From positions 1,705 through 65,704 of the forward strand of contig CAIUPO010000103.1 in NCBI GenBank assembly GCA_903901055.1: DNA of 64,000 nucleotides, written 5' to 3'. Shown in pieces: positions 27,966-38,813 of this stretch (positions within the stretch are counted from its first letter, which is position 1; each line of letters begins with the position of its first letter). Under the pieces are notes generated by a model. The model worked only from the letters and a program-made list of their open reading frames with translations, ran no database searches and was not told the DNA's origin. The translations under genes and the position numbers were made by a program. Origin of the DNA: an uncultured Bacteroidota bacterium (GTDB lineage: Bacteria > Bacteroidota > Bacteroidia > JABEUT01).

Positions 27966-29066
27966 ATGAACCTAAAAGTGATTGATTTTAAGCTTATTTC
28001 AAGTTTCAAGAAACTCCTGTTTGTAGTTGCCCTTCTTTTTGCGGTACCTGCTATGGTTTCGGCAGAACCCTCCGACGCTAAAGCTGAGGCGGGCAAAGAA
28101 GGCAAATCTTTCAATGCAGGAGATATGATTTTAGAGCACGTAAGCGATGCTCATAGCTGGCATGTTGCAGGCGATGTTTCCATTCCGCTTCCTATCATAT
28201 TGTATTCTTCCAATCATGGTTTTGCAATGTTCTGTTCCAATAAGTTAGAGAACGGAGCCATATATAATGGATACAAAATGAATGGCGAACACATAGTGGT
28301 TGCTAATTCAGATGGTTCAACCAATACTGCTGATACTGCAAAACTCTGGGATTTCTCTATTACCAAAACTGCTGCAAGCATTATGTTATCGGGAATTCTT
28401 TTGTTACTCATTATGACAGCAGTTTCAAGAGGGTATAGCAAAAGAGGCCTTGGAGCACCCAAAGGGATTCAATCATTCTTCGAACCAATTATCGTTTTCG
28501 TTCGCGATGATTTAGCCATCCCAAGTATTGGCAAAAAGAATTACGAAAAATTCATGCCTTTCTTATTGACATTGTTCTTCTTTATATTACTGATGAATAT
28601 TCTTGGACTCGTTCCTTTCTTTCCGGGTGGTGCAAACGTAACAGGTAATATTGCTATTACTACCACTCTTGCATGCTTCACATTTATAGTAATGATGGCC
28701 AACTCAGGAAAAACCTATTGGGGTCATACTTTATGGATGCCAGGTGTTCCTGCATGGGTGAAGATATCTATCCTCGGGCCTATTGAAACACTAGGTATTA
28801 TTTTAAAGCCCTTCACACTCCTTATCCGGATATTTGCCAATATGCTGGCGGGTCACATTGTAGCCCTTTCATTTTTTGCGCTCATCTTTATCTTCGGTGG
28901 TTTATGGGGGCATTTTGCAGGATATTTAACTTCTGTTTTTTCAGTTGCGTTCTCAGCGGGTATGCTTTTGCTTGACGTTCTTGTGTCACTCATTCAAGCT
29001 TACGTATTCACGCTTTTATCTGCAATTTATTTCGGAATGGCAACGGAAGAAGCGGAGCATCACTAA
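27966..29066 (+). CDS. atpB: ATP synthase F0 subunit a
   Basis: HVSDAHSWH, NVTGNIA, LLIRIFANMLAGH, IQAYVFTLLS. Confidence 0.97.
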   Translation: MNLKVIDFKLISSFKKLLFVVALLFAVPAMVSAEPSDAKAEAGKEGKSFNAGDMILEHVSDAHSWHVAGDVSIPLPIILYSSNHGFAMFCSNKLENGAIYNGYKMNGEHIVVANSDGSTNTADTAKLWDFSITKTAASIMLSGILLLLIMTAVSRGYSKRGLGAPKGIQSFFEPIIVFVRDDLAIPSIGKKNYEKFMPFLLTLFFFILLMNILGLVPFFPGGANVTGNIAITTTLACFTFIVMMANSGKTYWGHTLWMPGVPAWVKISILGPIETLGIILKPFTLLIRIFANMLAGHIVALSFFALIFIFGGLWGHFAGYLTSVFSVAFSAGMLLLDVLVSLIQAYVFTLLSAIYFGMATEEAEHH

Positions 29067-29092
29067 ATCATGGATTCTTTAACTCTAAATAA

Positions 29093-29368
<276 letters not shown>

Positions 29369-29378
29369 TTGCTATTTG

Positions 29379-29415
29379 AACTCCGGAGACCAACGGTTGG
29401 TTGTTCTCCGGGGTT
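29379..29415 (+). promoter_or_regulatory. Strong intercistronic hairpin between atpE and atpF
   Basis: AACTCCGGAGA..CAAC-GGTTG-GTTG..TCTCCGGGGTT. Confidence 0.6.
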
Positions 29416-29440
29416 TATTTAATTAAGAATCAATAGGATT

Positions 29441-29468
29441 ATAACTCATAACTTATAACTCATAACTC
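29441..29468. repeat. Heptamer tandem repeat (ATAACTY)x4
   Basis: ATAACTC ATAACTT ATAACTC ATAACTC just upstream of the atpF ATG. Confidence 0.8.
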
Positions 29469-29471
29469 GAA

Positions 29472-29966
29472 ATGGATCTTATAGTACCTTCAATCGGACT
29501 CATATTTTGGATGACACTTACCTTCCTGGTGGTGTTTTTCCTCCTGAAGAAGATGGCATGGAAGCCAATCCTTAAATCCTTAAAGGACAGGGAACAATCA
29601 ATTCAAACAGCCCTTGATTCCGCTGAAAAAGCGAAAGAAGAAATGAAAGCGCTTCAGGCCAGCAACGAAGCTATTTTGATGGAAGCACGCAACGAACGTG
29701 ATAAACTTTTAAAAGAAGCCCGCGAAACCAAAGACAGTATTATAGGTGAAGCCAAAGCTAAGGCGCAAATTGAAGCAGATAAGATTATGCAAAGCACCCG
29801 AGATGCAATACAAAGTGAGAAGGTAGCTGCAATGGATGAAATTAAAACCCAGGTTGCAAGGCTTTCAATTGAAATTGCAGAAAAGATTATTCGTACCGAA
29901 TTATCTTCGGATGAAAAACAGAAAGCCCTTGTGAATACAATGATTGACGAAGTTAACCTTAACTAA
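29472..29966 (+). CDS. atpF: ATP synthase F0 subunit b
   Basis: GLIFW TM, AWKPIL, coiled coil; operon position. Confidence 0.96.
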   Translation: MDLIVPSIGLIFWMTLTFLVVFFLLKKMAWKPILKSLKDREQSIQTALDSAEKAKEEMKALQASNEAILMEARNERDKLLKEARETKDSIIGEAKAKAQIEADKIMQSTRDAIQSEKVAAMDEIKTQVARLSIEIAEKIIRTELSSDEKQKALVNTMIDEVNLN

Positions 29967-29974
29967 GAAACAGG

Positions 29975-30526
29975 ATGGCCAACTCAGCAATAGCATTCCG
30001 TTACGCAAAATCGCTCTTTGAACTTGCAGGTGAGCAAAGCAAGGAGGAAGCGGTATATGGCGATATGACCAAGCTGTTGAAGCTATGCCAGAAAGTAAAT
30101 GACTTCAGGCTATTATTACAAAGCCCTCTTATTAAAACGGACAAGAAAATAAGCACCTTAAGGACTTTATTGAAAGGAGAGGTATCGGAAGTTACCGATA
30201 AGTTTTTGGTTCTGATGGCTAAAAACAAAAGGGAGTCTTATTTAGATAAGATTGCTGAGGAATACATTGCACTTTATAAAGTTAAAATGAATGTAACAGT
30301 TGTTACAATCACTTCAGCGATTCAGATAGACGAACCTACCCGTAAAAAGCTGATAAAGATTCTTACCAATCACCTTAAAGCCACCATTGAATTACACGAA
30401 AAAATCGATCCGAAAATTATTGGCGGGTTTGTTCTTACTGTAGGAAACCGTCAGGCTGATATGAGTGTCCTTAAGCAGCTAAAGAGTTTAAACAAAAATT
30501 TTAATCAAACGCATATACTCAATTAA
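29975..30526 (+). CDS. atpH: ATP synthase F1 delta
   Basis: RYAKSL, DPKIIGGFVL. Confidence 0.95.
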   Translation: MANSAIAFRYAKSLFELAGEQSKEEAVYGDMTKLLKLCQKVNDFRLLLQSPLIKTDKKISTLRTLLKGEVSEVTDKFLVLMAKNKRESYLDKIAEEYIALYKVKMNVTVVTITSAIQIDEPTRKKLIKILTNHLKATIELHEKIDPKIIGGFVLTVGNRQADMSVLKQLKSLNKNFNQTHILN

Positions 30527-30539
30527 TTTATAAATAGTT

Positions 30540-32120
30540 ATGGCTGAAATAAAACCTGCAGAAGTTTCTGCAATCTTACGCGAACAGTTATCAGGATTCA
30601 AGACCGAAAAGGAACTTGAAGAAGTAGGAACTGTCCTTCAAATTGGTGACGGTATTGCCCGTGTTTTCGGATTGGATTCTTGCCAGGCGGGTGAGCTTGT
30701 CGAATTCGAAAACGGATTGAAAGGCGTAGCATTGAACCTAGAAGAAGATAACGTAGGTTTGGTATTACTTGGTAACTCAGGAGATATTAAGGAAGGCGCT
30801 ACTGTAAAACGTACCGGAAAGATTGCTTCAATTAAAGCCGGCGAAGGTTTACTTGGCCGTGTTGTTGATGGTATGGGTAATCCGATTGATGGAAAAGGCC
30901 CAATCACAGGCGAATTGTATGATATGCCTATGGAACGTAAAGCTCCGGGTGTTATTTACCGTCAGCCGGTTAATGAACCACTTCAAACAGGTATCAAGTC
31001 AATTGATGCGATGATTCCAATTGGCCGCGGACAACGTGAGTTAATTATCGGTGATCGTCAGACTGGTAAAACGGCAATTGCAATTGATACTATTATCAAT
31101 CAGAAAGAATTTTACGAAAAAGGACAACCTGTTTATTGTATCTATGTGGCTATCGGTCAGAAAAGTTCTACCGTAGCTAACGTTCTTCGTACATTAGATG
31201 AACAGGGAGCTTTGCCATATACTATTATTGTTTGCGCCAGTGCTGCCGATCCTGCTCCAATGCAGTTTTTTGCTCCGCTATCAGGTGCCGCTATGGGCGA
31301 GTTCTTCCGTGATACAGGCCGCGCTGCTCTGATTATTTATGATGATCTTTCAAAACAAGCCGTGGCTTACCGTGAGGTATCATTGCTTCTCCGTCGCCCT
31401 CCGGGACGTGAGGCATATCCGGGTGACGTGTTCTATTTACACTCCCGTTTACTTGAACGTGCGGCTAAAATCAATGCGGATCAATCAGTTGCAAGCAATA
31501 TGAATGACCTTCCTCCAAGTATCAAGCATTTGGTAAAAGGCGGAGGTTCTTTAACTGCATTGCCAATTATCGAAACCCAGGCAGGTGACGTATCAGCATA
31601 TATCCCTACAAACGTTATCTCTATTACTGACGGACAGATATTCTTAGAAAGTAACCTCTTTAATGCGGGTGTACGTCCTGCTATTAACGTAGGTATCTCT
31701 GTATCGCGTGTAGGTGGTAATGCTCAGATTAAGTCCATGAAAAAGGTGGCTGGTACATTGAAGCTTGACCAAGCTCAATATCGTGAGTTAGAAGCGTTCT
31801 CCAAATTCGGTTCTGATTTGGATGCCGCTACCAAATATGTATTGGAAAAAGGTTCTCGTAACGTGGAAATCCTGAAACAAGCACAGTATTCCCCAATGGC
31901 GGTTGAAAAGCAGGTTGCTATTATCTACTGCGGAACAAAAGGGTTGTTGAGAGATGTTCCATTGGATAAGGTAAGAGAATTTGAAACAGAATATTTAGGC
32001 ATTTTGGAAGCTCAGCATAAGAATGTTTTATCTGAATTAAAAGCAGGTAAACTGCCTGATGATGTGGTTGCCACATTGGAAAAAATTGCATCTGATTTAG
32101 CTAAGAAATACAAGAAATAG
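30540..32120 (+). CDS. atpA: ATP synthase F1 alpha
   Basis: [31 protein letters not shown]. Confidence 0.99.
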   Translation: MAEIKPAEVSAILREQLSGFKTEKELEEVGTVLQIGDGIARVFGLDSCQAGELVEFENGLKGVALNLEEDNVGLVLLGNSGDIKEGATVKRTGKIASIKAGEGLLGRVVDGMGNPIDGKGPITGELYDMPMERKAPGVIYRQPVNEPLQTGIKSIDAMIPIGRGQRELIIGDRQTGKTAIAIDTIINQKEFYEKGQPVYCIYVAIGQKSSTVANVLRTLDEQGALPYTIIVCASAADPAPMQFFAPLSGAAMGEFFRDTGRAALIIYDDLSKQAVAYREVSLLLRRPPGREAYPGDVFYLHSRLLERAAKINADQSVASNMNDLPPSIKHLVKGGGSLTALPIIETQAGDVSAYIPTNVISITDGQIFLESNLFNAGVRPAINVGISVSRVGGNAQIKSMKKVAGTLKLDQAQYRELEAFSKFGSDLDAATKYVLEKGSRNVEILKQAQYSPMAVEKQVAIIYCGTKGLLRDVPLDKVREFETEYLGILEAQHKNVLSELKAGKLPDDVVATLEKIASDLAKKYKK

Positions 32121-32126
32121 AAAGTC

Positions 32127-33023
32127 ATGCCAAACTTAAAAGAGGTACGCATACGTATAGCATCAGTAATCTCTACACAACAGATTACCAGCGCCATGAA
32201 AATGGTGTCGGCAGCTAAGTTGCGCAGGGCACAAGATGCTATTATTCTAATGCGCCCTTTCGAGGCCAAGCTGAAAGAAATATTAGATAATCTTATTGAC
32301 TCTGCCGGGTCAAGTGCCGGAGTTTATGCAGAGAACCGTCTTCCTGAGAAGGTTATTATTGCAGTAATTACTTCCAATCGTGGGTTATGCGGTGGCTTTA
32401 ACGCAAACGTTATTAAAGGTGTAAACCAACTTATCAGGGAAAAGTACCCCGAGCAGATGGCTAAGGGAAATGTTAGTTTTGCTTGTGTTGGTAAAAAAGG
32501 CAGCGACTATTTCAAAAAAGCGAATGCCAAAATATTTTCCTCACGCAATGAGATTTGGGACAAGTTAACCTACGATAACGCAGCTGAATTTGCCAGCGAG
32601 ATATTGAAACTTTATGCCGAAGGCAAGGTTGATAGGGTAGAGGTGGTTTATAACCGTTTTAAGAATGCAGCTACTCAGATATTGACCGTTGACCAACTTC
32701 TTCCATTTAATATTGAGTCTTCTAAAAATAAGTCCAAAAAGGAATCTATTAAAGGCATTAAGCCTGATTATATTTTTGAACCAGACCAGGAGCAGATCAT
32801 TCAGGATTTAATTCCGTATGCACTTAAAGTAAGGTTTTTCCGTTCATTACTTGACTCGTATGCAGCCGAACACGGAGCTCGTATGACTGCTATGCACAAA
32901 GCAACCGATAATGCCTCTGAATTAATTAAGAGCCTCAAGTTATCATACAATAAAGCCCGTCAGGCTGCTATTACCAAGGAAATCCTTGAAATTGTTGCCG
33001 GAGCGGAAGCAATTAATAACTAA
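32127..33023 (+). CDS. atpG: ATP synthase F1 gamma
   Basis: QITSAMKMVSAAKL, RGLCGGFN, RQAAITKEILEI. Confidence 0.98.
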   Translation: MPNLKEVRIRIASVISTQQITSAMKMVSAAKLRRAQDAIILMRPFEAKLKEILDNLIDSAGSSAGVYAENRLPEKVIIAVITSNRGLCGGFNANVIKGVNQLIREKYPEQMAKGNVSFACVGKKGSDYFKKANAKIFSSRNEIWDKLTYDNAAEFASEILKLYAEGKVDRVEVVYNRFKNAATQILTVDQLLPFNIESSKNKSKKESIKGIKPDYIFEPDQEQIIQDLIPYALKVRFFRSLLDSYAAEHGARMTAMHKATDNASELIKSLKLSYNKARQAAITKEILEIVAGAEAINN

Positions 33024-33028
33024 TAGAT

Positions 33029-33328
33029 ATGAAAGAAGTTAATGCTCAGGAGTTAAAACAGATGATAGACTCTAAAGAGGACTTTCAGCTTATTGATGTT
33101 CGCGAGCCTTGGGAAGTTGAGGAAACAAGCATTGGCGGATTAAATATTCCTTTAGCAACTGTACTTACAAGGGCTGATGAAATTTCAAAAGATAAAAAAA
33201 CAGTTATCCATTGTAAAGGTGGAGTCCGTTCGGCTACTGCCATTCAGGCTTTGGAGCAAAAACTGGGTTATACCAACCTTTATAACCTGAAAGGCGGCAT
33301 TATGGCTTACCTCAGCGAGGTAAAGTAG
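33029..33328 (+). CDS. Single-domain rhodanese-like protein
   Basis: LIDVREPWE, HCKGGVRS, NLKGGI. Confidence 0.92.
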   Translation: MKEVNAQELKQMIDSKEDFQLIDVREPWEVEETSIGGLNIPLATVLTRADEISKDKKTVIHCKGGVRSATAIQALEQKLGYTNLYNLKGGIMAYLSEVK

Positions 33329-33334
33329 TTTTTT

Positions 33335-33823
33335 ATGAAACTCCCATTCTCTTTAGTTGGGTTAATAATTAGTATCTTATTTGTGTCATGCCTGTTTCCC
33401 AAAAAGGAAACTGATATGCAAAAACTCGCTCATAAATGGGTTGCGAGAAAAGCTTACGTCAATGTGCCTAACATGAGCGATATGACAGATTCAATAAAAT
33501 ATATTGTTGTTACAAAAATTAAAGAAGCGGAGGCTTCTTATATAGGCCAGACATATAATCTGAGAGCTGACAGTACTTTTACAGCTAACGGAAAAGTAAC
33601 GAATGTTTCGGGTAAATGGTGCTATAGGCCGGGAGAAATAATATTTGCCGGTAAAGATAACTCAAGTTGTTTGTGGAGTTTCCCTTCTAAGAATATCCGA
33701 ATTGGCATGGATAGCGCGATTGATGTGAAAATTACCCTTGACCTGCAAGTCACATTTGTTGAGTTATACATGAAGCCAGCACCTGGAGAAAAGCTGAATA
33801 TTGACTATTTCGGAGTTAACTAA
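33335..33823 (+). CDS. Hypothetical lipocalin-like lipoprotein
   Basis: Lipobox VSC; L..KW, DSTF and GKW motifs; similar to the next gene. Confidence 0.7.
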   Translation: MKLPFSLVGLIISILFVSCLFPKKETDMQKLAHKWVARKAYVNVPNMSDMTDSIKYIVVTKIKEAEASYIGQTYNLRADSTFTANGKVTNVSGKWCYRPGEIIFAGKDNSSCLWSFPSKNIRIGMDSAIDVKITLDLQVTFVELYMKPAPGEKLNIDYFGVN

Positions 33824-33880
33824 ACTTTGCTTCTCTTTTCATTTATATGTTTTACATACCTTTACTTCTTTAAAATCCTA

Positions 33881-34336
33881 ATGAGGAAAGTTCTTCTGGG
33901 CTTTGTGTTGATTACTTTACTTGCTGCCTGCAAACGCAGTAATAAAGAAAAACTCACCAATAAGTGGGTGGTTATTTATGCCTACATAACAGCACCCGAA
34001 TTGCGTGATGTGAAGGATTGGGATAAAGATAGCCTTGCTTTAGTAGTAAGGAAAATTGAACGTGATTACAAAGGGCAAGTAATAGATATCCGTAATGATG
34101 GCTCATTCACATCCAATGGAAATCTTAAAAATATTGCGGGTACATGGCAAGAGAAATCAGGGATGGTTGTATTCACTACCAATGATAAAAAAGAATATTG
34201 GGATTTCATCGGAGGGGTGGTACACATAAACCACGATAGTACCCTAATGACCTTAGTTAGATTACCTGGAGATAGCGCCTGTATTCAGCTAAACATGAAA
34301 GTTGCGCACGGGCAACCTGTGAAGACTGACGAATAA
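33881..34336 (+). CDS. Hypothetical lipocalin-like lipoprotein (paralog of the preceding gene)
   Basis: MRKVLL..LAAC lipobox; LTNKW, DGSF and GTW motifs. Confidence 0.7.
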   Translation: MRKVLLGFVLITLLAACKRSNKEKLTNKWVVIYAYITAPELRDVKDWDKDSLALVVRKIERDYKGQVIDIRNDGSFTSNGNLKNIAGTWQEKSGMVVFTTNDKKEYWDFIGGVVHINHDSTLMTLVRLPGDSACIQLNMKVAHGQPVKTDE

Positions 34337-34348
34337 GAAAAAGAATGC

Positions 34349-34702
34349 TTAAATAAATACCGGGGCAGCCGATTTTTCCTGCTTCTGGTTGAAACGCGGA
34401 AGAGAGCCGAATGTATTCTTGAAATCCTTTATTAATTCCTTCTGGCGTTGCTTGGCTTTTTCTTTCGTATAAATTTCAAAACGGTATCCATATAAGCCAA
34501 CTATCGAAGTTCCGAAAATAGAAACATGTTTGTTTTTCCCTCCATCAGGGCTGTGGGCAAGCAAGCCTGAGCGGATATTACCTTCACCAATATACAGAAT
34601 GGCTCCGGTTTCAATATCTCCTATTTCATAAACTCCATATTTATCGGGTTCTGAAGACGCGTTTTTTCGGGTGTAATTTGACCACCTTTTATGTATAGAC
34701 AT
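34349..34702 (-). CDS. Stand-alone GIY-YIG-like domain protein
   Basis: GVYEI...ILYIGEG, C-terminal P.FN; TATATTTG box at 34727-34734 (minus) supports ATG 34702. Confidence 0.7.
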   Translation of the reverse strand: MSIHKRWSNYTRKNASSEPDKYGVYEIGDIETGAILYIGEGNIRSGLLAHSPDGGKNKHVSIFGTSIVGLYGYRFEIYTKEKAKQRQKELIKDFKNTFGSLPRFNQKQEKSAAPVFI

Positions 34703-34837
34703 ATAACTTTTAATCGGGTATGAATACAAATATAATTATTTTTTCAACAATCTGATGTTTAAATCGGAAAATTTGTGTTAAATTATCTGTTAACTGGATT
34801 CATTTACCGTTAACAATTAAGCATTTACAATTACTAA

Positions 34838-36613
34838 TTAAGCCCTCAACTTTTCTTCTTTCTGAAACTGAATTTCGTAGAGTTTACGGTAAAAACCATC
34901 TTTCTGCAAAAGTTCCTGGTGCGAGCCTGATTCTACCACTATCCCATGATCGAGCACTAATATTTTATCAGCCCTCTGAATGGTTGCAAGCCTGTGGGCA
35001 ATGATAATAGATGTACGATGCTCTGTTAGTTTTTCAATAGCAGTTTGAATTAATCTTTCTGTTTCTGTGTCAATAGAGGACGTGGCTTCATCCAACACAA
35101 GTATAGCCGGGTTTTGCACATAAGCACGGATGAAGGAAACCAATTGTCTTTGCCCTGCTGAAAGCATATTGCCCCGTTCCCTTACATTGTATTCATACTT
35201 ACCTGGGAGGCTTTCAATAAAGGCTTCTGCGCCTATTGCTCTTGCTGCATCCTGAATTTGCTGAACGGTTATCTCTTTATTAAATAAAGCAATATTGTTA
35301 GTTATTGTATCTGAAAATAAAAATACATCTTGCAACACAATAGCAATATTTTTACGTAGCGATTCAACGGAATAATCCCGAATTTCCTCATCATCCAGCA
35401 TTATCGAGCCCTTCTGGAATTCGTAAAACCGCCCTAAAATATTAATGATGGACGATTTGCCGGCGCCTGTAGCACCAACAATGGCAAGTGTTTTGCCAGG
35501 TTCAATATCAAAGTTTACTCCTTTCAGAACCCAATCATCATTATTATATGCAAAGTAAACATCCTCAAACTTTATTTTGCCTTTCAGTTTCTCAGGTTTA
35601 AGAGTGCCTTTGTCCTCAATATTGTCCACGGTATCCAACAGGGTAAAAATACGTTCTGAGCTAACCACACCCATTTGCAGGGTGTTGAATTTGTCGGAAA
35701 GCTGACGTATAGGCCCAAACAGGAGGTTAATGTAAAGCACATATTGGGTAATTGTTCCTGAACTTATTGTGCCTGTTAGCATCCCCTTGGTACACCACCA
35801 CACTATTATTGCAATAGAAATAGATGATAGTATTTCAACCACCGGAAAAAATATTGAATAGTACCAGATAGAACGGATATTCGCCATTTTGTGGCTGTTA
35901 TTAATCTGCCTGAATTTTTCCAGTTCGGTTTCTTCACGGTTAAAAACTTGCACAATACTCATCCCGGTAATATGTTCCTGCACAAATGCATTTAGCCTTG
36001 CAACCTGCACCCTTACGTCCTGGAAAGAGGCGCGTGTGGCCCGTTGGAAAAGGTATGTAGCAAAAATGAGTACCGGAAAAACACTAAGGCTTAGGAGGGC
36101 GAGCGCCCAATTCTGCCAAATCATTACAACAATAACAACCAATACCGTTAAGGCTTGATTTATTATAACTACCAACCCGTCTGAAAATACTTCCGCAATG
36201 GTTTCAATGTCGGAATTAACTCGGGTAACTAGTGTCCCGACCGGTGTGCGGTCAAAGAACTGAAGTTTCATACTAAGTATATGTGTATAAAGTTTTATTC
36301 GCATATCTTTAATAATATTTTGCCCTAAAAGGCTTGCCAGGTAAGTATTTCCAAATTGAAAAACACTGCGGATAACAAGCAACCCGAAAAGCAACAGGCA
36401 CATATTAAAAAGGAAGGAAAACCCGGCCGCCATGCCCATGTGGGCCGCAGTATCTTGAATATATTTGATAAAAGTAGGGGTAAGGGGAGCAATTCCGGCA
36501 AGCAATACACTTAAAATAAGGGTAATCCATGCGGTGCTCTGATAAGGCCGCAGGTATTCAATTACCCTTTTGAATGCTTTAAAATCAAATGCTTTTCCGC
36601 TAACATCACTCAT
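34838..36613 (-). CDS. ABC exporter, fused TMD-NBD (MdlB/MsbA-like)
   Basis: GATGAGKS, LSAGQRQ, LDEATS; 6-TM N-half. Confidence 0.95.
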   Translation of the reverse strand: MSDVSGKAFDFKAFKRVIEYLRPYQSTAWITLILSVLLAGIAPLTPTFIKYIQDTAAHMGMAAGFSFLFNMCLLLFGLLVIRSVFQFGNTYLASLLGQNIIKDMRIKLYTHILSMKLQFFDRTPVGTLVTRVNSDIETIAEVFSDGLVVIINQALTVLVVIVVMIWQNWALALLSLSVFPVLIFATYLFQRATRASFQDVRVQVARLNAFVQEHITGMSIVQVFNREETELEKFRQINNSHKMANIRSIWYYSIFFPVVEILSSISIAIIVWWCTKGMLTGTISSGTITQYVLYINLLFGPIRQLSDKFNTLQMGVVSSERIFTLLDTVDNIEDKGTLKPEKLKGKIKFEDVYFAYNNDDWVLKGVNFDIEPGKTLAIVGATGAGKSSIINILGRFYEFQKGSIMLDDEEIRDYSVESLRKNIAIVLQDVFLFSDTITNNIALFNKEITVQQIQDAARAIGAEAFIESLPGKYEYNVRERGNMLSAGQRQLVSFIRAYVQNPAILVLDEATSSIDTETERLIQTAIEKLTEHRTSIIIAHRLATIQRADKILVLDHGIVVESGSHQELLQKDGFYRKLYEIQFQKEEKLRA

Positions 36614-36751
36614 ATAATCCCTTGCATACTTTTGTATTATTGCAAAGGTAAGTAAAATCGTTTATTTGTCATATTGAACCAAGTGGAACATCTCTTGAAC
36701 AAAGCGTTTCTTAGCAATAAGTTAGAATGACGAATAAGAAAAAAGTTTCCT

Positions 36752-37624
36752 TTAGGAATTTAGCGTCTTTAGAATTTCCTTCATATCAGCCACCTTATCC
36801 GGTTGGTCAAGGTTGGTATATGAGGTAATCAGATTGCGAACAAGCCTCTTAATTATTTCAACATTAGAGCAAGGAAGGTAAAATGATTTCTGTGGGTCAA
36901 TAGCAAGCTGGTTAAGGAAAATATCTATTTCCCTGCGGCTGAATATTGCGCCCTTGCTAAATGGATTTATGTAAAATAAAATATTGTCCTCCTTGTTTTC
37001 CGATGAAAATACAAGTTCATCAATATATACCATTACAAAATGCTGTGGTAGGTTAACACCATACACTGAAAGGCCAAGTTTGCGACAAAGCGTAAGGTAT
37101 ATAATGGCCAATGAAAGCGGATTTCCCTTTTTAGATTCAAGTACTTTATTAAGATATGAATTTTCGGGGGCCGTATAGTTTTCGGTATTTCCGAGGTAGC
37201 GGTGTACATCAAAGAATATATGGTTGATAACCCTAACCTTTTCAAGGGCAGTAAGCTGGTCATTCATTTCGAGCCATACATCTTGGTATAACTGGCGTAA
37301 GGACTCATTTATCTTGGTTTCATCTAATTCCGGATATTGATAACGTGCCACCAGCAACGCGCCTTCCAGCAGGTCTGTGGTTTTGCCGTCCTTCCAGTCT
37401 CTTATTGCATCAAGGGTTTTATCGAATTGTATACGGTGAATGATATTTTCAATACGGGTTTGGAGTAAAATATCAACCGAACTTTCCCATGCATCCTCCA
37501 ATACAGGAATGGCTTGTTCTCCCAAATCAAGAATTTTACCTTTTATAGTGCTGAAAATCCTTTCGTCCGGATCATCTAGCAAATTAATAAGGGCATTTAC
37601 TTCTTTCTTGTTTAAATCAGCCAT
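36752..37624 (-). CDS. Transglutaminase-like (SirB1/Transglut_core2) protein
   Basis: LLDDPD N-terminus, NSYLNKVLESKKGNPLSL, GVNLPQHF, FYINPF. Confidence 0.88.
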   Translation of the reverse strand: MADLNKKEVNALINLLDDPDERIFSTIKGKILDLGEQAIPVLEDAWESSVDILLQTRIENIIHRIQFDKTLDAIRDWKDGKTTDLLEGALLVARYQYPELDETKINESLRQLYQDVWLEMNDQLTALEKVRVINHIFFDVHRYLGNTENYTAPENSYLNKVLESKKGNPLSLAIIYLTLCRKLGLSVYGVNLPQHFVMVYIDELVFSSENKEDNILFYINPFSKGAIFSRREIDIFLNQLAIDPQKSFYLPCSNVEIIKRLVRNLITSYTNLDQPDKVADMKEILKTLNS

Positions 37625-37682
37625 ATTGGTATTTTATTTCTACGTTTTTAATTCTTACGCAAAAACTTTAAATAAGTTATGA

Positions 37683-38690
37683 TTAATGTTTAAACTTGAG
37701 TGAAGGATAGTTCGTTATAAGGGAATCCACATCTCCTGTACCTAAATTTTTCTTTAAATTTAATACGTGCCTTGAGGTATACAACCCTATTCCGTTTTTA
37801 ACATCGGTAAAGGAAGGTACATCCTGGTTAATGCCAAGTGAAGGCTGGCTTAATTGTACATACGTATAAAGGTCGTCAGAGCCTGTTGTGAAAATAACAC
37901 TCATATAATCCACGTGCCTTGTTACACCAAGTTTAGGCTGTATTTCCGACTGAATAAGAGAATATAATCCCTGAACCGTAAAAGCGTAGTCAAGCGAAAT
38001 TCCACCTGCAAGGGAGGATGAAACCACAGGGGCAAATACCCAATCGAGATAATAACGGGTAGTGTCGTTGGTTGAGTTTACCTCATAATAATTGAAACGG
38101 ATAGTCATTTGGTAAATACGACCGTTAACTGAACTGTTCCAAACTATGGTAGTTGGGGCTTGTGGATCGAAGGAAATATTGAGCGTTGTTGCTACGGCAA
38201 AATTATACGGGCTTGTAAAATCAAGGTCAGGCAGAAGTAAAGTACTTCCTGAAATCCGCTTGCCTGTTTTCGTGTTCTTGATAACTATGTTATAATAATC
38301 ACTCGGGTTTAACTTTTTGCCACCTGCAGTGGTATAATACAACAATTGCTTTGTAGGGAATGTCCCTGCCGGCAAAGGAATAGTAGTAATAGTATCAAGG
38401 GTGAATGAGTTCACTATTTTGCCTGAAGTGGCATCGGAGTCTTGCAGAACAGCAGAAATATTCGCTACCGGATAGTAGATAGAATCATAATTAGCTGCCA
38501 TGGTGTATGCATTACCTGCGCCTTCAAACGCTTTATTAATGCGGAAATAGTGGATAGAATCGCCCTGATCCATTAAGCCATAAACCACGGTTACATCTTT
38601 ATAGGGAGCCAATATTTTTATATCGTTGCTGCAGGAAGCGAATAACAGGGCTGATAATGCTATTATTCCGGTAAGTCTTTTAACGTTCAT
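37683..38690 (-). CDS. DUF4249-like lipoprotein (copy 1)
   Basis: Lipobox ASC, VVYGLMD, DVKNGIGLY. Confidence 0.75.
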   Translation of the reverse strand: MNVKRLTGIIALSALLFASCSNDIKILAPYKDVTVVYGLMDQGDSIHYFRINKAFEGAGNAYTMAANYDSIYYPVANISAVLQDSDATSGKIVNSFTLDTITTIPLPAGTFPTKQLLYYTTAGGKKLNPSDYYNIVIKNTKTGKRISGSTLLLPDLDFTSPYNFAVATTLNISFDPQAPTTIVWNSSVNGRIYQMTIRFNYYEVNSTNDTTRYYLDWVFAPVVSSSLAGGISLDYAFTVQGLYSLIQSEIQPKLGVTRHVDYMSVIFTTGSDDLYTYVQLSQPSLGINQDVPSFTDVKNGIGLYTSRHVLNLKKNLGTGDVDSLITNYPSLKFKH

Positions 38691-38813
38691 TAAATTGTTT
38701 TTTTTAGCTAACAGCTCAAGGCAAATACCCCTCAGCTATTTCGCAAATATAGGAAATCATTTCATGCAAAAAATCAAGGATTAACCGAATTATTGACAAG
38801 CCTTTGCCAATAA

